Shown one piece after another: positions 4,721 to 10,568 of a stretch of 10,568 nucleotides of DNA. This DNA is from an uncultured delta proteobacterium (GTDB lineage Bacteria > Desulfobacterota > Desulfobacteria > Desulfobacterales > JAHEIW01), in NCBI GenBank assembly GCA_963706575.1, contig CAVPNL010000025.1, forward strand, positions 1 to 10,568, given 5' to 3'. The position numbers and the translations under genes are program-made. The notes under the pieces were generated by a model, which was not told where the DNA came from, did no database searches, and saw nothing but the letters and a program-made list of their open reading frames with translations. Every line of letters begins with the position of its first letter. Position 1 is the first letter of the stretch.

Positions 4721-5543
4721 ATGATTGATGCGGATACATCCCTTTTTGGCCTGATCGGCAATCCGGTGGCACATAGCTTAAGCCCGGTGATGCACAATCA
4801 GGCGTTTGCAGCGACCGGTTACAACGGGGTTTATTTAGCGTTCAGGGTCACTGATCCGGCTACGGCGGTAAAAGGCATCGCGGCTCTGAATTTTAAAGGT
4901 GTCAGTGTCACCCTGCCCCACAAAGTTGCGGTTATGGAATACCTCGATGAGATCGACGAGACAGCAGCGCGGATCGGAGCGGTCAACACCATTATCAACA
5001 AGCAGAGCAAACTGATCGGATACAACACCGACTGTCCGGGCGCCCTGCAAGCTTTGAGGACCCGGACATCGATAAAGGATAAATCGGTGGCACTCATCGG
5101 TGCCGGCGGGGCGGCCCGGGCCATCGGATTCGGCTTGGTGGCTGCCGGCGCGGCGGGTGACCATTCTGAACCGCACGCGGGTATCCGGAGAACGTCTGGC
5201 GGCGGATCTGCAGGCTGAATTTTTACCTTTAGACGAATGGGCACCAGACCACTATGAGATTCTGATTAACACCACACCGGTGGGCATGCATCCTGACATC
5301 GATGCAACTCCGATTGCGCAGGAGAACATATCAGAAGATCTGGTGGTCATGGACATCGTTTACAATCCGCTTGATACCCGATTTTTAAAGGCAGCGGCCG
5401 CCAGAGGATGTCGCACCATCAATGGCGTTGACATGTTTGTATTTCAGGGAGCGCAGCAATTCGAACTCTGGACCGGCAAAAAGGCCCCGGTGGATGTCAT
5501 GCGTAAGGCGGTATTAGAGGCGCTGAAGAATAAAGAAACATGA
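4721..5543 (+). CDS. aroE: Shikimate dehydrogenase, interrupted by a +1 frameshift at ~5152-5153
   Basis: GNPVAHSLSPVMHN, SVTLPHK, GAVNT, GYNTD and GAGGAARA are in the first frame; VTILNRT, INTTPVGM, DIVYNP and GVDMFVFQGAQQFELWTG are in the second. Removing one G in GCG-G-CGG restores 273 aa. Confidence 0.9.
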
Positions 5544-5611
5544 AGCGATTTCAAATCTTCATTGAAGCCAGAGCGCAAGAAAACGGAATTTCATCTATTT
5601 TTACTTAATTT

Positions 5612-5681
5612 CTCACGCAAAGTCGCTAAGTCGCAAAGAATAATAATTTAACTATAAAAACACTTGGCGCCTTTGCGTGAG
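5612..5681. repeat. Palindromic element built from octamer repeats (CGCWAAGW)
   Basis: ctca-cgcaaagt-cgctaagt-cgcaaaga (5612-5639) and inverted cttggcg-c-ctttgcgtgag (5663-5681). The outer 11-bp inverted repeat CTCACGCAAAG/CTTTGCGTGAG is perfect. Confidence 0.7.
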
Positions 5682-5692
5682 GCCTAAAGCCA

Positions 5693-6958
5693 ATGAAAGA
5701 AATAAAGCCTCATAAAATTAACAACTGCCAGGTGACGGTGCCGGGCTCGAAGAGCTATACGCATCGCATGTTGATTGCTGCTGCCTTGGCCAAAGGCGTG
5801 TCTACCCTTAAAAACGCCCTTGTCAGTGAAGATACGCAATTTACCATGGAAGCCCTCAGGCAGATGGGCATTCAAATTGAAGTTAACAGCGCTGGGGTGT
5901 GCGTTGATGGAAAGGGAGGTCGTCTGGAACCGTGCGACGCACCGATCTATCTCGGGAATTCCGGAACCTCCATGCGCCTGCTGACCGGGGTGGCGGCACT
6001 GGGCACAGGAACCTATACCCTGACGGGCAATGCCCGTATGCAAATGCGGCCGATAAAGGACCTGCTGGATGCATTGCAACAAATGGGCATTAAAGCCCGA
6101 TCCGTCAAAAACACCGATTGTCCGCCGGTCGAGGTAACTGGGGCGGCGATCAAGGCCGAACAGGTGGACATTAACTGCCAAAACAGCAGCCAGTATCTTT
6201 CAGCCTTGCTTTTGATGGCGCCGCGCACTCTGCGGGGACTTGAAATTCGGGTAACCGGCGGCCCGCCGGTATCCAAACCCTATGTCGACCTGACGGTGGA
6301 GCTGATGGAAGCCTTCGGGATACAGCTGGTTCGAGAGGGCTATAAAAAATTTAACGTTGCGGGAAAACAGCTTTATCGTGCCGGCAATTATGTCGTGGAG
6401 ACGGATTGCTCGCAGGCTGCCTATTTCTGGAGCGCGGCTGCGATTAGCGGTGCCGAAATCAATGTGGCAGGGCTACAGTCTGACTCCGTCCAAGGGGATG
6501 TACGCTTTGTCGACCTGCTGCAACAAATGGGATGCCGCGTTTCCAAAACATCAGACGGCATTGGTGTTGCCGGGGGCCCGCTGCATGCAATTGAAGCCGA
6601 TATGGCGGATATGCCCGACCAGGTGCCCACACTGGCCGTGGTCGCCGCATTTGCTGAAGGCACAACCGCGATCAAAAATGTGGCCCATCTTAAATCAAAG
6701 GAAAGCGACCGCTTGAGCGCCACGGTAGCCGAGCTCAACAAAATGGGCATCGACGCCACCTGCACCGCAAATGCCCTGATAGTAAAGGGCGGAAAGCCAA
6801 AAGGCGCCATCATTGACACCTATAATGATCACCGCATCGCCATGAGCTTTGCCATCGCGGGATTGAAGGTGCCGGGCGTATGCATCCGGAACGAAGCCTG
6901 TGTTGAAAAATCCTTTCCGGCCTTCTGGCAGGTTTTTGAGGGACTATATTCGTCATGA
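5693..6958 (+). CDS. aroA: 3-phosphoshikimate 1-carboxyvinyltransferase (EPSP synthase)
   Basis: 421 aa with PGSKSYTHR, LGNSGTSMR, SSQYLSALL, KESDRL, DHRIAM and KSFP. Confidence 0.96.
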   Translation: MKEIKPHKINNCQVTVPGSKSYTHRMLIAAALAKGVSTLKNALVSEDTQFTMEALRQMGIQIEVNSAGVCVDGKGGRLEPCDAPIYLGNSGTSMRLLTGVAALGTGTYTLTGNARMQMRPIKDLLDALQQMGIKARSVKNTDCPPVEVTGAAIKAEQVDINCQNSSQYLSALLLMAPRTLRGLEIRVTGGPPVSKPYVDLTVELMEAFGIQLVREGYKKFNVAGKQLYRAGNYVVETDCSQAAYFWSAAAISGAEINVAGLQSDSVQGDVRFVDLLQQMGCRVSKTSDGIGVAGGPLHAIEADMADMPDQVPTLAVVAAFAEGTTAIKNVAHLKSKESDRLSATVAELNKMGIDATCTANALIVKGGKPKGAIIDTYNDHRIAMSFAIAGLKVPGVCIRNEACVEKSFPAFWQVFEGLYSS

Positions 6959-7494
6959 ATCTTTTTTTGATTGGCTACCGCTGCAGCGGTAAAACAACCA
7001 CCGGCAAATCAATTGCCAGGGCAATTGACTGGGCTTTTGTAGATTCCGATTTGATTGTCATCAAAGAAAACGGAAAAAGTATTAAAGATATCATCGACAC
7101 CGAAGGCTGGGATGCTTTTCGTCGCATGGAGCGTTCGGCTTTGAAGCAAATCTGCGCAAATGATCGCCAGGTAGTGGCCACCGGCGGCGGGGTGGTGCTT
7201 GACCAATCGAATATCAAGGCAATGAAAACCAGCGGTATGGTTATCTGGTTAAATGCAGGGGCTGAAACCATTCAGAAAAGAATGCTGCAGGATAAAAACA
7301 CCGACGATTTTCGACCGGCATTAACCGACAAGGGGCGGATGGAAGAAATCGAAGACATGCTGCTAAAAAGGAATCCTTATTATGGAAGCGCCAGTGATTT
7401 TTCCATCCATACCGATAATGCGCCGATTGATGAGATTACTCAAAAAATCATTCAAAAGCTATCGGTTGGGCCGCCTTGTTCTGTTACCCGTTAG
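6955..7494 (+). CDS. aroK: Shikimate kinase
   Basis: 179 aa with P-loop GYRCSGKTT, DSD, GWDAFRRME, ATGGG and the RP lid motif. ATGA overlap with aroA. Confidence 0.93.
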   Translation: MNLFLIGYRCSGKTTTGKSIARAIDWAFVDSDLIVIKENGKSIKDIIDTEGWDAFRRMERSALKQICANDRQVVATGGGVVLDQSNIKAMKTSGMVIWLNAGAETIQKRMLQDKNTDDFRPALTDKGRMEEIEDMLLKRNPYYGSASDFSIHTDNAPIDEITQKIIQKLSVGPPCSVTR

Positions 7495-7516
7495 CCCGCC
7501 GTTGGCGCACTTAATC

Positions 7517-7600
7517 GCAAAGGGCTAAGCGCATAGCGCAAAGAGCTAAAAATCGAATTTCCTTGTTTTTAATCTAAACGCTATGCTCTATGCGCTATGC
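7517..7600. repeat. Inverted heptamer arrays (GCWWAGN)x5 ... (NCTATGC)x3
   Basis: gcaaagg gctaagc gcatagc gcaaaga gctaaaa (7517-7551) and gctatgc tctatgc gctatgc (7580-7600). Confidence 0.78.
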
Positions 7601-7667
7601 TTTAGTTTCCGCGGTAATCCGCCTGCGGAGGACTTAATGCAAACTATAAATTAGGAGATTACAAACC

Positions 7668-8762
7668 ATGTCCAGCACATTTGGCACTCTATTTCGTGTC
7701 ACCACCTTTGGTGAGTCCCATGGTCAGGGGGTCGGTGCCGTGATTGACGGCTGTCCTCCCAAAATGTCCCTGGACGAAACCGATATCCAGCCCCAGTTGG
7801 ATCGACGCCGGCCGGCCCAGAGCGAATTGACGACCCCGCGAGAAGAGGCCGACCGAATTGCTATCCTTTCGGGGGTCGATAACGGTATAACGCTGGGAAC
7901 GCCGATCGCGTTAATGGTCAAAAATACGGATCAGCGACCGGCGGATTATCGCCGCATGCGTTCGGTGCCGCGACCCTCACATGCGGATTACACCTACCGC
8001 ATGAAGTACGGCATTCAGGCTTTAAGCGGCGGCGGCCGCGCCAGTGCCAGAGAAACCGTTGGCCGCGTTGCCGCCGGCGCTGTTGCTGAAAAATTTTTAT
8101 CCGAGCGATACGGTATTGAAATCGTTGCCTGGGTCAGCGCCGTCGCTGCGATTGAGGCACCGTCACCCGACATGGGGAGCCTAATCCGTAAAGACGTGGA
8201 TCGATCGCCGGTCCGCTGTCCGGACTCACCTTCTGCCGAAAAAATGCAGGAGGCTATCATTGCAGCGCAAAAGGCAGGGGACTCTGTGGGAGGTATCATT
8301 TCCTGTGTGTGCCGTAATATCCCTGCCGGGCTGGGCGAACCTGTATTTGACAAAATAGAAGCATTGCTGGCCCAGGCCATGCTGTCGATCCCGGCGACCA
8401 AAGGCATTGAAATCGGCTCGGGCTTTGCGGGTTCACGCATGCGCGGATCCGAGCATAATGATGTATTTATTAAAAAAAGAGCTCAATTAGGCACGAAGAC
8501 CAATTACAGCGGCGGTATTCAAGGCGGCATAACCAATGGCGAACCGATTACGTTTCGGGTCGCTTTCAAACCGCCGGCAACCATCAGCCTGTCCCAAAAA
8601 ACAGTTGATTTCGAGGGCAACGATACGGTTCTCGAGGCCAAGGGCCGTCACGACCCCTGTGTGGTGCCGCGGGCCGTACCTATTGTCGAAAGCATGGCCG
8701 CATTGGTTTTGGTCGACCTCGCGCTGCGGCAGAAGATGAGAGAAAATGAAACTATCCAGTAA
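7668..8762 (+). CDS. aroC: Chorismate synthase
   Basis: 364 aa with [41 protein letters not shown] and [18 protein letters not shown] at 7653-7657. Confidence 0.97.
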   Translation: MSSTFGTLFRVTTFGESHGQGVGAVIDGCPPKMSLDETDIQPQLDRRRPAQSELTTPREEADRIAILSGVDNGITLGTPIALMVKNTDQRPADYRRMRSVPRPSHADYTYRMKYGIQALSGGGRASARETVGRVAAGAVAEKFLSERYGIEIVAWVSAVAAIEAPSPDMGSLIRKDVDRSPVRCPDSPSAEKMQEAIIAAQKAGDSVGGIISCVCRNIPAGLGEPVFDKIEALLAQAMLSIPATKGIEIGSGFAGSRMRGSEHNDVFIKKRAQLGTKTNYSGGIQGGITNGEPITFRVAFKPPATISLSQKTVDFEGNDTVLEAKGRHDPCVVPRAVPIVESMAALVLVDLALRQKMRENETIQ

Positions 8763-9876
8763 AATTCAGGCCGTTGCAGGATCACAAACGGTTGCCTTTA
8801 CGACCTTGATTCAACAGCACCGGCAGGAAGGCCGAAAGATTATCGATTTGGCTGTGGGCGAACCGCAATTTGATACGCCGGATACTGTGATTGACGCCAC
8901 CAAAAGCGCTCTGGACGCCCAAAAGACCCGCTACAGCCCGGTAAACGGTCTTTCTGAGCTCAGAACGCAGCTGGCGGCGCAATTCTGCGGATATGATATC
9001 GACAACATTCTGATCACGAATGGATCCAAGCAGGCATTGTTTATGATCTTTCAGGTTATTTGCGATCCTGCAGATGAAGTCATTATCCCCACGCCTTACT
9101 GGGTAAGTTTTATCGAGCAAGTCAAACTTGCCGGTGGCAAGCCGGTGCCGGTGGCAACGAAAGACCACCAGCTGAACTGCGAAGCCATTAAGCGTGCCGT
9201 TACGCCGCGGACAAAAGCCATTTTGATCAACTCGCCAAACAACCCCAGCGGGGCGGTGTATCCAATGGCCGACTTGCATGAAATCGCGCGGCTGGCAGCG
9301 GATCACAACCTGTTTATTGTCGCGGACGAGGCCTATGATGCCTTTGTATACGACGGTTACACACATGCGAGCCTATTCGACATAGAGCGTGTTCGTAACC
9401 GGGTAATCGTGACACGCAGTTTTTCAAAAAGCTATAGCATGACCGGATTCAGAATCGGGTACGTTGCAGCTCCCGGGAAGATCATTGCGGCCCTGTCTAA
9501 AATTCAGAGCCATCTGAGCGGCAATGTTTGCACCTTTGCCCAATACGGCGCGCTGGCCGCCCTGTCCCTGGATGCCCATTTGCTTTCAGACCGGCAAACC
9601 GAGCTGCAGCAAAAAAGAGACATGGCCTTTCAGACCGTTTCAAGGTTGTTTGACTGCATTAAACCCCAAGGCGCATTTTATCTTTTTCCGGATGTTTCAG
9701 CAGTTTTAAAAAGCGATGAAACATCCGAGGATTTGGCCCGGCGGCTTTTAAAACAGGCCGGTGTGGCGGTTGTCGCCGGAGAGGCCTTTGGCAAGGCAAA
9801 GCATTTGCGCATATCGTTTGCTGTTTCAGAAGAAAACCTAAAAAATGGGCTTGAACGCATAGCAGAGGTATTATGA
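8746..9876 (+). CDS. PLP-dependent class I aminotransferase (subgroup Ib AAT-like), candidate prephenate/aromatic aminotransferase
   Basis: 376 aa with [48 protein letters not shown] and GAFYLF. Overlaps both aroC and tyrA. Confidence 0.88.
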   Translation: MKLSSKIQAVAGSQTVAFTTLIQQHRQEGRKIIDLAVGEPQFDTPDTVIDATKSALDAQKTRYSPVNGLSELRTQLAAQFCGYDIDNILITNGSKQALFMIFQVICDPADEVIIPTPYWVSFIEQVKLAGGKPVPVATKDHQLNCEAIKRAVTPRTKAILINSPNNPSGAVYPMADLHEIARLAADHNLFIVADEAYDAFVYDGYTHASLFDIERVRNRVIVTRSFSKSYSMTGFRIGYVAAPGKIIAALSKIQSHLSGNVCTFAQYGALAALSLDAHLLSDRQTELQQKRDMAFQTVSRLFDCIKPQGAFYLFPDVSAVLKSDETSEDLARRLLKQAGVAVVAGEAFGKAKHLRISFAVSEENLKNGLERIAEVL

Positions 9877-10568
9877 TCGGAATCATTGGGTTCGGACGCT
9901 TTGGCAAACTAACCGCCGGATATCTGGCCGAAGATTTTGACGTTTTTGTTTTTAATCGCACCGATAAATCCGGCGCGATTAAAAAATGCGGTGCTCGTAA
10001 CGCATCGCTAAGAACTGTTTGCCGGCAAAAAATCGTGATTTTATGTGTTCCGATTTCCACCCTCAAGGAGGTTCTCGTCGAAATCGGGCCGCTTTTAGAT
10101 AAAGATTCTGTGGTTGTCGATGTCTGCTCGGTAAAGGTCTATCCAACCGAGTGGATGAAAGCGTCGCTGCCTGAAACGGTCTCGATTCTGGCGACCCACC
10201 CGATATTTGGACCCGATAGCGCTTCGGATTCTTTAAAGGATCGTAAAATCTTTTTAAGCCCGATCCGAATCAATAAAAAGAAATATCAAAAAATCAAAAC
10301 TTATCTGGCTTCAAAAGAACTCGTTCTTATCGAATCCACCCCGCAGGATCATGATGAGCAAATCGCCGTCAGCCTGGCGCTGACCCATTATATCGGAAGA
10401 ACCTTGTCTGAATTCGGCGCTGCTCCGCTGGACATAGACAGCGAGGGCTATAAACGGCTGCTGCATATCCTGGAGGTCGTGGAGCATGATACCTGGCAAT
10501 TATTTTATGACATGCACCGCTATAACCCTTACGCGCAAGAAAAACGGACCGCATTCAGGCATGCTATG
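9873..10568 (+). CDS. tyrA: TyrA-family prephenate/arogenate dehydrogenase (plant-type TyrAa-like), 3'-truncated by the window edge
   Basis: Absent from the ORF track because there is no stop in the window. ATG 9873 overlaps the aminotransferase stop (ATGA). Translation: [42 protein letters not shown]....LTHYIGR..EGYKRLL..EHDTWQLF..RYNPYA. Confidence 0.9.
   Translation, partial: MIGIIGFGRFGKLTAGYLAEDFDVFVFNRTDKSGAIKKCGARNASLRTVCRQKIVILCVPISTLKEVLVEIGPLLDKDSVVVDVCSVKVYPTEWMKASLPETVSILATHPIFGPDSASDSLKDRKIFLSPIRINKKKYQKIKTYLASKELVLIESTPQDHDEQIAVSLALTHYIGRTLSEFGAAPLDIDSEGYKRLLHILEVVEHDTWQLFYDMHRYNPYAQEKRTAFRHAM

Noticed and set aside
8782..10554. Minus-strand ORFs of 194, 135, 62 and 61 aa opposite the aminotransferase and tyrA
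   Set aside because: They are antisense shadows of well-supported plus-strand genes.

Overview
Bacterial chromosomal window, probably from a Desulfobacterales-like deltaproteobacterium (inferred from protein style and intergenic repeats). It holds an aromatic amino acid biosynthesis locus transcribed divergently from back-to-back TTGACA promoters. The minus strand carries a solitary trpD with non-canonical PRPP-loop motifs, followed by a decayed RidA fragment. The plus strand carries a shikimate-to-tyrosine operon: aroF-type DAHP synthase, aroB (frameshifted), chorismate mutase, aroE (frameshifted), aroA, aroK, aroC, a class Ib aminotransferase and a plant-type TyrA that runs off the window. 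The main hidden feature is the 1593-2083 control region, which contains two leader-peptide attenuators missing from the ORF track: a Trp leader (..NWWWRTS..) for trpD and a Tyr/Phe leader (..QYFYFYFYRR..) for the aro operon. Each has the classical 1:2, 2:3 and 3:4 pairings. Each also has a second terminator-like hairpin starting with the same 12-mer (TTAAAGGCCGTG), whose 5' arm can be captured by the freed 3' arm of terminator 1, suggesting a two-terminator relay attenuator. Intergenic spaces contain MITE-like and inverted 7/8-mer repeat insertions. All RNA structures were paired by eye; no energies or database searches were computed.
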